Shown one piece after another: positions 50,146 to 59,351 of a stretch of DNA of 64,000 nucleotides; position 1 is the first letter of the stretch, and each line of letters starts with the position of its first letter. Location of the stretch: the NCBI GenBank assembly GCA_963665665.1, contig OY762428.1:864001-928000 (forward strand), given 5' to 3'. The stretch is from Candidatus Kapaibacterium sp. (GTDB lineage Bacteria; Bacteroidota; Ignavibacteria; Kapaibacteriales; UBA2268). The notes below the pieces were generated by a model. That model was not told the DNA's origin and did not search any database. It worked only from the letters and a program-made list of their open reading frames with translations. The position numbers and the translations under genes were made by a program.

Positions 50146-51733
50146 AATTTTTTTCCTCTAATGTCCTATAAAGTTCATCAATTCTGTCGTCAATTGTTTT
50201 GTCATCCGGCCATAGTTTTTTTAATTTTTTCAGTAAGATCAGAGACGAATCGGGTTTGCCTAATGCAAAGTATGCATATACAAGTCCTATCATAGCATAT
50301 TTATGGTCGGATTTTAGTTCAAGAGCTTTTTTCAGATGGTTCAGGGAAGCATAATAATCTCCGCTGCCAAAGAAAAAATGTCCGGCGTCATATTGAAATT
50401 TATAATTATATGGCGATAGTCTTACTGCTGCACTAATCTGCCTCTCCGCTTGGTCATTATCCTTCTTTTCAAGCATTACTTTATATAATATATAGTGATA
50501 CATAGCCCTGTCCGGGAAGTCGTCAACAGCGCTTGAATAAAAGTTCTCAGCGTTTTTGTATTCAGCTGAAAAAGAGAAAGACAACACTGAAAATATAAGA
50601 AGGATTATTATCCAAATATATGCATATATTTTAATATGTCTCTTATAATCAAATTTTACTATCATTGCCAGCATAATTATTATCAACCCGGCGGTTGCTA
50701 AATATGCACGGCATTCTAAGTATTCGTTCCATTCATGGGCATTCAGCAAAGTTATATAAGTACCCGGTAATACAAACAGAAGAAAAACAGCAATTCCGAA
50801 AAGTAATGTTTTGCCGGGTTTGAATTTAATAGTCAGAAATGCCAAAATGACAATAAAAATTATTCCGGTTATTGTTATTGAAAATGAATAAACAGGCAGA
50901 ACCGAAAGATCAATGGGAAAAACAAATTTAGAAACAAACTCCGGCAGGACCCTCAGGTTTGACAAAACCTCAGTAAAGCCACTTTCGTAAACAGGTTCGC
51001 CAAGAGTCGCATTTGATCTTAATATGAACCATATACCCGGGGGAATTAAAAAGAAAAGAACATGCCGATATTGCGATGCTGAATTCTTAGCACTGCGAAT
51101 ATATATGATAAGTGCCGGAAAAACAGGTAATAACAGGGCAGTTTCTTTTGATAATATTGCTAAAAGACAGAAGAAAACAGAAAATATTAAAATGATATTT
51201 TTTTGATTGTTAAGAAATTTTATAAAGAATATCATGGTCAGCATTGAGAATAGTGCCATCATCATATCATTTCTCCCGGCTATCCACGCTACTGCATTCG
51301 TCAGCAGTGGATGAGAGGCAAACAAAGCTGCCCCGGCAAATGCCAATATCCTGTCGAAACCGAGCAGCCCAAGCAGGATATAAAGACATACAGAGCATGC
51401 AATATGCAGAATAAGATTTGTTATATGATAAACCAGGGGATCGCTCCCCCCTATCGAATAATCAAGGACAAACGATGCCATAACAAGCGGCCTGTAATAA
51501 TCCGTTGTCATGTATCCCTTTTCAAACTCCGATGGGATATTCGAAATAGATGCTAAACGTGAGGAATCCCTTAAAATAATATCCGAGTCATCACAATAAA
51601 CATAATCATTACTTAGAGAATTGAAATAGATAAGAATGGGTAGAAGAATAAGAATAATTATAAATATGATATTTTTATTTTTTACTAAGTAATTATTTAG
51701 GCTCTCCTCTCCTGTTTTTTTTTTGATTTTCAT
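50144..51733 (-). CDS. TMTC-like GT-C membrane glycosyltransferase with C-terminal TPR repeats
   Basis: Y.NSL.N.YV.CDD, YYRPL, YHITNLILH, HPL..NAVAWIAGR, LSKET, ECRAYL; many TM helices; TPR tail. Confidence 0.85.
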   Translation of the reverse strand: MKIKKKTGEESLNNYLVKNKNIIFIIILILLPILIYFNSLSNDYVYCDDSDIILRDSSRLASISNIPSEFEKGYMTTDYYRPLVMASFVLDYSIGGSDPLVYHITNLILHIACSVCLYILLGLLGFDRILAFAGAALFASHPLLTNAVAWIAGRNDMMMALFSMLTMIFFIKFLNNQKNIILIFSVFFCLLAILSKETALLLPVFPALIIYIRSAKNSASQYRHVLFFLIPPGIWFILRSNATLGEPVYESGFTEVLSNLRVLPEFVSKFVFPIDLSVLPVYSFSITITGIIFIVILAFLTIKFKPGKTLLFGIAVFLLFVLPGTYITLLNAHEWNEYLECRAYLATAGLIIIMLAMIVKFDYKRHIKIYAYIWIIILLIFSVLSFSFSAEYKNAENFYSSAVDDFPDRAMYHYILYKVMLEKKDNDQAERQISAAVRLSPYNYKFQYDAGHFFFGSGDYYASLNHLKKALELKSDHKYAMIGLVYAYFALGKPDSSLILLKKLKKLWPDDKTIDDRIDELYRTLEEKN

Positions 51734-51793
51734 TTCATTAAGTATTCCATTATTTATTAAATAATATTTTCATTTCTTTGATATTTTATCCAT

Positions 51794-52636
51794 TCAGACT
51801 TTCAATGTTTCTGCATCCAGTCCGGTTATCTTTTCCACCTGACTGAGTGACAAACCTTCCTTGAGCATAGATAGCGCCATATCCCTTCTTTCTTTAAACC
51901 TGACTTCTTCGATAGCAGTATTCAGGCTGTTGGTCAGGTCTCGATTGATTTTGACACTTTCTTCATAAGCCATGTATTGTTCTTGTGTAAATTTTGCAAT
52001 TTCAGCAGTCTCGAAGAATTTTGTAAAGATTTTATCTTTAAGTTTCAATGGAATTTCGTCTAACTTCGGAAGATTTTTTAACAGGTAAAGCCAAGTTTCA
52101 AACCTGTTACTTAATTCATCGAAGGTTTTATTAAATTTAGGCATTTCAAGATATATAAAAACAAGTTTGTCGTTGAAAATCCTGCATTTCTTCAAATCAG
52201 CTATGTTAATTTTATAGAGGTATCTATCCGGGTCTTCCTTATCATCGTCAAAAATAAAATCGAGTATGGCAATAGTATAAACTCTTTTCAGGTTGTAATC
52301 CCATTTGCTTTCCCCTTGCCGGGCAATTGGAAATGTTGAATAGTAGAGGCTTCTGTCCTTAAAGAATTTTTGCATTGTTTTCTGCATTTCAACAATGAAT
52401 GTTTCTCCTTTTTCATTCACACATGCAAGGTCAAAAATTACTTTTTTATCAGATTCGGTTTTACCAGGTTGCTCGTTTTTTATGTATGTAAGGCTCTTTA
52501 TTTCACCTTGTTCTTCTCTTAAAAGTTCATTCAGAAAATCAAGAAGCAGATCCTTGTTTGGTTCCTCGCCAAAAAGCTTTTTGAATCCAAAATCGGTAAA
52601 AGGATTGATATATTTTTCATTAAACTTAACACTCAT
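51794..52636 (-). CDS. Rpn family / PD-(D/E)XK nuclease (putative transposase family)
   Basis: YINPFTDFGFKKLFG, FDLAC, FIVEMQ, RSLYY, YLEMPKF, C-terminal helix A.SMLKEGL...ITGL; start at 52636 after AAGGAG. Confidence 0.9.
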   Translation of the reverse strand: MSVKFNEKYINPFTDFGFKKLFGEEPNKDLLLDFLNELLREEQGEIKSLTYIKNEQPGKTESDKKVIFDLACVNEKGETFIVEMQKTMQKFFKDRSLYYSTFPIARQGESKWDYNLKRVYTIAILDFIFDDDKEDPDRYLYKINIADLKKCRIFNDKLVFIYLEMPKFNKTFDELSNRFETWLYLLKNLPKLDEIPLKLKDKIFTKFFETAEIAKFTQEQYMAYEESVKINRDLTNSLNTAIEEVRFKERRDMALSMLKEGLSLSQVEKITGLDAETLKV

Positions 52637-52878
52637 TTTTTTCTCCTTTTCAACCAAGTCAGAGATAAGATCACAGTTTGTAATATAATCAATATATGAA
52701 TATAATCAATTTAAAAAGTATAGCACCTGAAACTGATTTTTTCCTCAAATTATTTTTTCTTTTTGAAAATTAATAAGCTTTTGCTACTTTTGCTGAAATT
52801 ATTTTTCAACGAGTACGGAACGAACTATAAAACTATTTTACTTTCTTAATTTTGTTTCTTAACAAACGGAGAGTATTT

Positions 52879-54267
52879 ATGTTTTTGCCCAAAAGATCAA
52901 TCACAGCGGTTGTGGTTCTGTTTTTTGCTTTTTGTTCATTGCTCACTTCAGGACTTAAAGATGAAGCTAACCAGGCCGATTACCTGATTATAACACCTGT
53001 TGAATTTCTTGCTGAATTCCCTGAATTTACAGATTGGCGGGAGGATAAAGGCCTGAAAACAATGATAGTAACCCTGGATGAAATAAGACAGGAATTCGGC
53101 CCGGTAGAGGAGTCTGCTGCTATTGGCGATTTTATCAGCTACTCGCTAACCTACTGGCAGGAACCCAAACCGCAATATGTCCTGCTGGCGGGAAGCGTTA
53201 ATTTAATTCCTTCATTTAAAATTGAAAGCGATTTTAAGGATAGCCAGAATATTGATGAAGATTCAGTATCTACGGATCATTTCTATTCAATCAATATCAA
53301 TGAAAATGACATTCTTCCCGATATTGCTGTTGGACGTTTTCCTGTACAAAATAAGGAGGAACTGAAGGCGCTAATTAAAAAAACAATGCTTTATGAAAAT
53401 TATCCCGATGATCTGAAATACGAAAATGATATTGCTTTTTTCATAGATAAAGATGATTTTCAGGCTTTTGAAAGCAATATGACTAAAATTGAAACATATT
53501 TCCCGGAACAGACTATTGCTAAGTTTACAAATAATCCGGAATCAGAATATTTTGGCTCGAAACAGGATTTTTTTGATATTTATAACAGTGGCGCACGCCT
53601 TATGATGAATCTTTGCCATGGTTCACCTGCCGTCTGGTTCAGGGAAGGATTGATAAACAAGGGTGATTTTGATATGTATATTCAGGACAATAAACCATCA
53701 TTATTGCTTTCATTCTCATGTCATCAGGCATTCGACAGCCTTAAAACAAAAACTCTTATTGAAGAACTTATCTCTAATACAAACGGAGGTGCTGCAGCCA
53801 CAATTTTATCCTCAGGAACAACCTACATGGGCGTTTTGAATAAATTTTTTGATGGCATTTATTCAAAACTTAACAACGAGGATTATACAATTGGCAGGCT
53901 GGTTCTCGAAGCAAAAAATAATCAGGGAAATGGTTCATATTATATTGGCCTGATAAATATTCTCGGCGACCCGGCGCTGAAAGTACCGTTCAAACAGATT
54001 GCCGGAATTAATGATCAGGAAAATATCTCAATAAGCATATATCCGAATCCGGTGTCAGAAAGAATGACTGTTAATACATCCGGATCGCCGAATAAATATT
54101 ATAGATTTGAAATATTTGACGCTACGGGAAGGATCCTGAAACAATCGAATTTAATTTCAGATATAACTGTTATTCCCGGCCTGGAAAAATTCTCGAACGG
54201 AACATATTATTTAAGGCTTATTAGCGATTCAAAAACAGAGATAATTCCGTTCGTAATTTTAAAGTAA
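52879..54267 (+). CDS. C25 family (gingipain-like) cysteine peptidase with T9SS sorting domain
   Basis: ADYLIITP, WREDKGLK, YVLLAG, PDIAVGRFP, putative catalytic His (CHGS) and Cys (FSCH), ILGDPAL, C-terminal IYPNP...GTYYLR. Confidence 0.88.
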   Translation: MFLPKRSITAVVVLFFAFCSLLTSGLKDEANQADYLIITPVEFLAEFPEFTDWREDKGLKTMIVTLDEIRQEFGPVEESAAIGDFISYSLTYWQEPKPQYVLLAGSVNLIPSFKIESDFKDSQNIDEDSVSTDHFYSININENDILPDIAVGRFPVQNKEELKALIKKTMLYENYPDDLKYENDIAFFIDKDDFQAFESNMTKIETYFPEQTIAKFTNNPESEYFGSKQDFFDIYNSGARLMMNLCHGSPAVWFREGLINKGDFDMYIQDNKPSLLLSFSCHQAFDSLKTKTLIEELISNTNGGAAATILSSGTTYMGVLNKFFDGIYSKLNNEDYTIGRLVLEAKNNQGNGSYYIGLINILGDPALKVPFKQIAGINDQENISISIYPNPVSERMTVNTSGSPNKYYRFEIFDATGRILKQSNLISDITVIPGLEKFSNGTYYLRLISDSKTEIIPFVILK

Positions 54268-54320
54268 TTTGTTATATTTATTAAATTTTCAAATTTCAGA
54301 GTTTATGATATCTGAAATAC

Positions 54321-54347
54321 CTTGTGAAGGCTTCCAATCTTCGCAAG
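54321..54347. repeat. Degenerate REP-like palindrome
   Basis: CTTGTGAAGG-cttccaa-TCTTCGCAAG imperfect inverted repeat in the intergenic gap. Confidence 0.45.
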
Positions 54348-54713
54348 CTTACAAAATCAACAAGCGTAAAGGAGTTAGTTATGAAAAATGTCAAGTATTT
54401 AGTTTTTTTGTTGATAATAATTCTTATCTATTCCTGCGGAGGAGTTACTGATTCCAAATATACACTTGATGATTGAAATGCTCCCTATTGCTTAGACAAA
54501 TAAAAGTATAGTTTATGGTGTTTATTAATCTATACTTCTTCTCTAATAAAATAAGAAAAAAATATGTAATAATATTAATTTTTCTTTTTTTTGCTACTTT
54601 TTTTTCTTTTTGTTAACAACCTGGAAATTGTGGATAACTTTCACTCTCCTTTCTATTTCTTTTTTTATCAATTGCTTACCGGATTACATTTTTTCACTTT
54701 TCCAACAAAGTTT

Positions 54714-55559
54714 TCAATTAACGAACCGCTGTTCGTTCATATATTTTTCAGCCGGAATCTGGTATTCAATTCCTGCGTGCGGCCTCGTGTTGTTATACCA
54801 ATCGACATAAGCCTTTATACCGCCATAGAGCTCTTTTCCGTCTTCGTAAGACTTCAGATACAGGTCTTCGTATTTAAAGCTCCGCCAGAAGCGTTCTATG
54901 TAAACATTGTCCAAGGCGCGGCCCTTGCCGTCCATGCTTACCTTAACATCAGCATCCAGAATCGTTTTCACAAAATCATTGCTCGTGAACTGACTGCCCT
55001 GATCCGTGTTTGTTATTTCCGGTTTCCTGGTTTTCAAAGACCTTTTTATTGTATCTATGCAGAACTCCTTCTCAAGGTTATTCGATAATTCCCAGTCGAC
55101 GATATACCTGCTATAAACATCTATAATTGCTATAAGATACATAAATCCTTTACGCATCGGAATATATGTTATATCCAGGCTCCAAACCTGATCCGGACGA
55201 CTTATTTTCATATCCCTCAACAGGTATGGATAAATTTTGTGCTCCTTGTTCGGTTTGCTCGTGTCCGGTTGGGGATATATTGCCCGAAGTCCCAATAATT
55301 TCATTAATCGCCTGATTCGTTTATAGTTAACATGGTATCCCAAAGAACGTAAGTGTGCTGTCATTTTTCTGGCTCCATAAAATGGAGTAATCGCGAATTG
55401 TTCTTTGATCAGCTTCATATATAGAATATTTGCTTCACTTTCACCCTTGGGTTTGTAATAATAACAGCTCCTGCTAATACCCAAAAGCTCGCACTGCCGG
55501 CTTATGCTAATTTCTTTATTATCAGCATCTACCATCTTCCTGCGTTCTTCTTTACTCAC
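54714..55559 (-). CDS. IS3 transposase OrfB (integrase core, DDE)
   Basis: ISISRQCELLGISRS, FYGARKM, WSLDITYI, IIDVYSR, NTDQGSQF, DNVYIERFWRSFKYE, YNNTRPH. Confidence 0.95.
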   Translation of the reverse strand: MSKEERRKMVDADNKEISISRQCELLGISRSCYYYKPKGESEANILYMKLIKEQFAITPFYGARKMTAHLRSLGYHVNYKRIRRLMKLLGLRAIYPQPDTSKPNKEHKIYPYLLRDMKISRPDQVWSLDITYIPMRKGFMYLIAIIDVYSRYIVDWELSNNLEKEFCIDTIKRSLKTRKPEITNTDQGSQFTSNDFVKTILDADVKVSMDGKGRALDNVYIERFWRSFKYEDLYLKSYEDGKELYGGIKAYVDWYNNTRPHAGIEYQIPAEKYMNEQRFVN

Positions 55560-55839
55560 GGCCCAATTTTTTTTTTAACCAGTCTAATTCAATTTTTAGC
55601 CGGCCTATTTCTTCATATAATACTGATTCGTCTTTTTCTTTTTTATTCTTCCCTGGCCCACGCTTGTTTTCAAATACTTCCTTTTCACTTTCTTTTAAAT
55701 GCTTTTTCCACATGCTTATCTGGTTTGGATGAACCCCGTACTCCGATGCCAGCTCGGTTATTGTTTTTCTCTCTTGGACTGCCTCCAGGGCTACCTGCAT
55801 TTTGAATTTTGAACTGTAATTTCTTCGTTTGTTTGCCAT
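55552..55839 (-). CDS. IS3 transposase OrfA (HTH)
   Basis: RRNYSSKFKMQVALEA...ELASEYGVHPNQISMWKK...IGRLKIELDWLKKK; overlaps orfB, which is in the -1 frame. Confidence 0.93.
   Translation of the reverse strand: MANKRRNYSSKFKMQVALEAVQERKTITELASEYGVHPNQISMWKKHLKESEKEVFENKRGPGKNKKEKDESVLYEEIGRLKIELDWLKKKLGRE
55567..55576 (-). other. Slippery A10 run for programmed -1 frameshift producing OrfAB
   Basis: Minus strand TTA AAA AAA AAA TTG at the end of orfA, just before the -1-frame orfB; standard IS3 mechanism. Confidence 0.75.
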
Positions 55840-56792
55840 TTGATGCTCCTTTTGATTTTTTGCAAGTTAAGATTATTTCACCTTAAATCGCTGTTTTTTT
55901 TAAAGGAAGCCGTTCAGATATTTATGGTTTTGCTATTGAAGATGCGATAACAATAGAACCCGATGAGATAAGTCACGATCTGATACCAATAACACAAGAC
56001 AATGATTACTTGTCATGGAAATTGATCAAAGGCGAACCGCACGTGCTTGTTGTTACCTGGACAAGATATCCCGGCAGCTATACCGTGGATAGTACTATTG
56101 TAAATAACTGGGGCGAAATCTGGGTAACAGTTGTTCCCGAATTAATTGACTGGGTTGATGACAGGTTTTATACTAATCCTGTTAGCAGGGCAAGGTTGGA
56201 GCAACTCATCGGCCTGCCCAACGGTGATGGCAACACACATTTTGCTGAATTCTGGGTTAAACCGGACGATCTTTTCCGACCGTCATACGATAATGAAATT
56301 GATGACAATACCTGCGGAACCGAATTCCCTGAAGGTACTGATCCTGCCTATATTGAATGGTTCAACAATAATATCCAATACTCTTACTATCCACCTAAAT
56401 ATCCATGGACCAGGCTTGGTTATACTTATGACTGGGGAGGTGAAACAGAATTTGGATTAAGCGAGTTTGTAGTTAAAAAGAATTCAACAATAGTTGTGAA
56501 ATCTTTGGTTGGCAATTGCGGATATGTAAATATTCCATGTGAATGATATAATTATTATAAGATGAAAATTAAGCCGGGATAACTATCATAATTGACCCGG
56601 TAATAATTTATTATTTTCAATGAAAAACTTGATTTTTATCATTTTGTTACGAAGCTAAATTTTAAAACGATATTGGGCAATTTGTTTGATTACTTGTCAG
56701 GAATTTTCCAATCAAAAACTATATCCTATGATTTTTCGAACTTTAATTGTTATTTTGCTTTCTTTTATTATTGGGAATAATTTTTCTTAAAT

Positions 56793-57734
56793 ATGAAAAT
56801 CAGCGTTGTAATAGTGACCAGGAACAGAAGAGAGGATGTATTCGATACAATCCACGGATATAACCGCCAGACCTGGAAGGATAAGGAAATTATTGTAATC
56901 GATAACGCCTCGGACGACGGTACCAGGGAAATGATGGAAAATGATTTTCCGGAAATCAAATATGTTTACCTGCCTGATAATTTTGATATCCGATCGATAA
57001 ACATCGGCGTTGAAATGGCTGAAGGAGAAATTATCTGGAGAACAGATAGCGATTCATATCCCGAAGATCCTGGCACTTTTGCCAAAGTTATTGATATATT
57101 TAATAAATATCAGAATATCGACATAATCAGCACAGAGGATGTGGAAGTTAATTCTAATGGAGCTATCTGGGAATGGTACCCGCTGAAAGTCGATAAAGAA
57201 AACGTTCCTGACAATGGTTATAAAGCTCATATATTCCCCGGCACCGGCGCTGCAATCAGAAAGAAAGTTTTCGATAAAATCGGAGGTTTCTGGGAATTCG
57301 GCTTCGAGGAGATAGATTTCTGCACCAGGGCAATTGTTGCCGGCTTCAATGTCAGGTACTTTCCCAATATCAGAACTCTTCACTTTGCTTCGCCGCGAGA
57401 CAGGGACAATTCAAACCGCTGGGTACAGATATCCAAACAGCTTATGCGGTACAACTGGCGCTATTTCCCGTTTTTCACTGCACTTGGTAGAAGCATAGTT
57501 ATATATATCACACAGATTCTTGGCTCATTCTCAATGAAGGTGAAATTATCAGCTTTTATTGAAGGCCTTTTGATAATGCCTGCTGTAATTTTCAGCACTT
57601 ACCGGAATGAAAGAAATGTTGTCCCCAAAGACAAGATAAAAGATATTACTCTCGGAGTGGGAATAATGTCGTCGCAGTTCAAAGTATATGCCGACAAAGT
57701 TAAAAGAAAATTACAAAAATGGACCGGAAGATGA
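56793..57734 (+). CDS. Glycosyltransferase family 2
   Basis: ISVVIVTRN, IIVIDNASDDGT, DSD, GTGAAIRKKVFDKIGGF, EEIDF. Confidence 0.93.
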   Translation: MKISVVIVTRNRREDVFDTIHGYNRQTWKDKEIIVIDNASDDGTREMMENDFPEIKYVYLPDNFDIRSINIGVEMAEGEIIWRTDSDSYPEDPGTFAKVIDIFNKYQNIDIISTEDVEVNSNGAIWEWYPLKVDKENVPDNGYKAHIFPGTGAAIRKKVFDKIGGFWEFGFEEIDFCTRAIVAGFNVRYFPNIRTLHFASPRDRDNSNRWVQISKQLMRYNWRYFPFFTALGRSIVIYITQILGSFSMKVKLSAFIEGLLIMPAVIFSTYRNERNVVPKDKIKDITLGVGIMSSQFKVYADKVKRKLQKWTGR

Positions 57735-58936
57735 GGATACTTCAGCTTGCCCCCCGATTTCCATTCCCTACTGACGACGGAGGAAAGATCGGAATAGCTA
57801 ATATATACAGGCAATTTTCAGACCAGGGAGCCGAAGTTACTTTTATAGCCTACAAAGAAGAAAATGAGAAAATTCCTGAAAGCGCTATACGTGAAGCTGA
57901 AAAATACGGACGTGTATTATTAATAAATCATTCCACCCTGAACAGCAAAAGTAGAATCTTAAAATCTCTAATTTCTTCATCATCAATTTATTGCAGCAAG
58001 CATTACTCTCAAGAAACAAAACAAAAAATTCTTGATCTTATTATAGATCAGGATTTTGATATTGTTCATGCAGATCACAGTGCAATGGCAAAAATGGCAC
58101 TGGATCTTGCGGGTGAAAAAAATGCGCGTACAGGCATTCGTCTGCATAATATTGAATGGATGATATGGCAGCGCTATGCCGATATGCTTCCGGCATGGCA
58201 TCCCAAACGTTGGTATATTCAAACCCAGGCAAACAGGCTGAAACGCGAGGAAATGGAATTCTTCCCTGCTATGGATGTATGCTTTGCAATAACTGAAAAA
58301 GAAAAACAGCAGGCTCTGCAAATGTCTTCGAATGCTAATGTTACTGTTGCAAGTGCGGGAGTCAATCCGGAAGACTGGAAACCTGATTCGAATGTTGAAA
58401 AGAACCCGAATGAAATTATTCTGGCAACAACTTACCACTGGGTTCATAATGTCGATGCAGTCAGATGGTTTATAAACGAAGTCCTGCCATTGATAAGACA
58501 GGAAGTTCCGAAAGCCTTTCTATCGCTTATCGGGAAGGAGGCTCCCGGCTGGCTTCATGAAATGAAGGACAAGGGCGTAAATGTTCTTGGCTACGTGGAC
58601 AGCGTTCAGCCCCACCTGAGAAGGGCATCGGTGTATATTGCCCCGCTTTTTGTGGGTGCCGGAATCAGGATAAAAATTTTGGAGGCAATGGCAATAGGCC
58701 TGCCAGTTGTAGCAACTCCGGTTTCTGCCGAGGGAATAAACGCAACCCCGGAAAGCGGTCTGTTCATCAGCGATGACGCACGCGAGTATGCCGATATCAT
58801 TATTAAACTGCTTAAAAATAGTAATAAAGCAATTTCTACCGGCAAAAACGCCAGAGAATATATAATCAATAATTTCTCATGGAAGCATAATGTCGGAAAA
58901 ATGTTGGAGGAATACAGGAAACTGTTAAATATTTAG
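57731..58936 (+). CDS. Glycosyltransferase family 4
   Basis: ATGA-coupled to the GT2 gene; RFPFPTDDGG, HNIEW, GAGIRIKILEAMAIGLPVVAT. Confidence 0.93.
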   Translation: MRILQLAPRFPFPTDDGGKIGIANIYRQFSDQGAEVTFIAYKEENEKIPESAIREAEKYGRVLLINHSTLNSKSRILKSLISSSSIYCSKHYSQETKQKILDLIIDQDFDIVHADHSAMAKMALDLAGEKNARTGIRLHNIEWMIWQRYADMLPAWHPKRWYIQTQANRLKREEMEFFPAMDVCFAITEKEKQQALQMSSNANVTVASAGVNPEDWKPDSNVEKNPNEIILATTYHWVHNVDAVRWFINEVLPLIRQEVPKAFLSLIGKEAPGWLHEMKDKGVNVLGYVDSVQPHLRRASVYIAPLFVGAGIRIKILEAMAIGLPVVATPVSAEGINATPESGLFISDDAREYADIIIKLLKNSNKAISTGKNAREYIINNFSWKHNVGKMLEEYRKLLNI

Positions 58937-58943
58937 AGCATTT

Positions 58944-59246
58944 TTAAATTATTTTCTCCTTAAGCCCTTCGTACTGTTTTATCTTTTCCAGATCATACTT
59001 CTTACTAATCTGAACTTCTTCAATATCGAAATCATTTTGCAGGCCAAGCCAGAATTGCGCGCTGGTTCCAAAATACAGAGCCAGCCTTAATGCCGTATCG
59101 GCAGTAACTCTTCTTTTTCTTTTTATTATCTGCGAAATGCGTGTTTGAGGTATCCCGGTATCTTTTGCCAGCCTGTATGCCGATATTCCTAAAGGCAGTA
59201 AAAATTCCTCAAATAATATTTCACCCGGATGTATGTTTTCTATCAT
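58944..59246 (-). CDS. higA: HigA/VapI family antitoxin (XRE HTH)
   Basis: IHPGEILFEEFL...RLAKD....RISQII...R.VTADTALRL..YFGTSAQFWLGLQ. Confidence 0.92.
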   Translation of the reverse strand: MIENIHPGEILFEEFLLPLGISAYRLAKDTGIPQTRISQIIKRKRRVTADTALRLALYFGTSAQFWLGLQNDFDIEEVQISKKYDLEKIKQYEGLKEKII

Positions 59247-59321
59247 AACAATTTACTTATTTTGTATCAGTTCTTTTTCGATTTATATTTCTTAAATATA
59301 ATTATTTCAGTATTATAAGGC

Positions 59322-59351
59322 AAAAAAAAAGGCGTTCCGAAGAACGCCTTT
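59322..59351 (-). terminator. Intrinsic terminator after the EF-G paralogue
   Basis: A9-GGCGTTC-cgaa-GAACGCC; U-tail and UUCG loop on the minus strand. Confidence 0.85.

Larger units (their letters stand above)
54474..55916 (-). mobile_element. IS3-family insertion sequence, 1443 bp, with imperfect terminal inverted repeats and 3-bp target duplication GAT
   Basis: Ends TGAAATGCTCCCTATTGCTTAGACA... and ...TGTTTTTTTTAAAGGAAGCCGTTCA (TG..CA, 15/25 matches as inverted repeats); GAT at 54471-54473 and 55917-55919; contains orfA and orfB. Confidence 0.92.
54381..56546 (+). pseudogene. Lipoprotein gene (239 aa when rebuilt) interrupted by the IS3 element
   Basis: 5' part 54381-54473 = MKNVKYLVFLLIIILIYSCGGVTDSKYTLDD (AAGGAG RBS, lipobox YSC). 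After removing the IS and one GAT copy it continues in frame at 55920 (IYGFAIEDAITIEPDEI...) into the 56010-56546 ORF. Confidence 0.9.

Noticed and set aside
51794-52657. Treating the Rpn gene as an insertion sequence
   Set aside because: No terminal inverted repeats or target duplication seen; this family is not shown to transpose.
54629-54637. DnaA box as evidence for oriC
   Set aside because: A single box located inside an IS element, with no dnaA/dnaN/gidA context or box cluster.
54269-55088. ORFs 54269-54451, 54591-55088 and 54610-54810 as IS passenger genes
   Set aside because: Low-complexity translations, overlapping the true lipoprotein start or antisense to orfB; no RBS or motifs.
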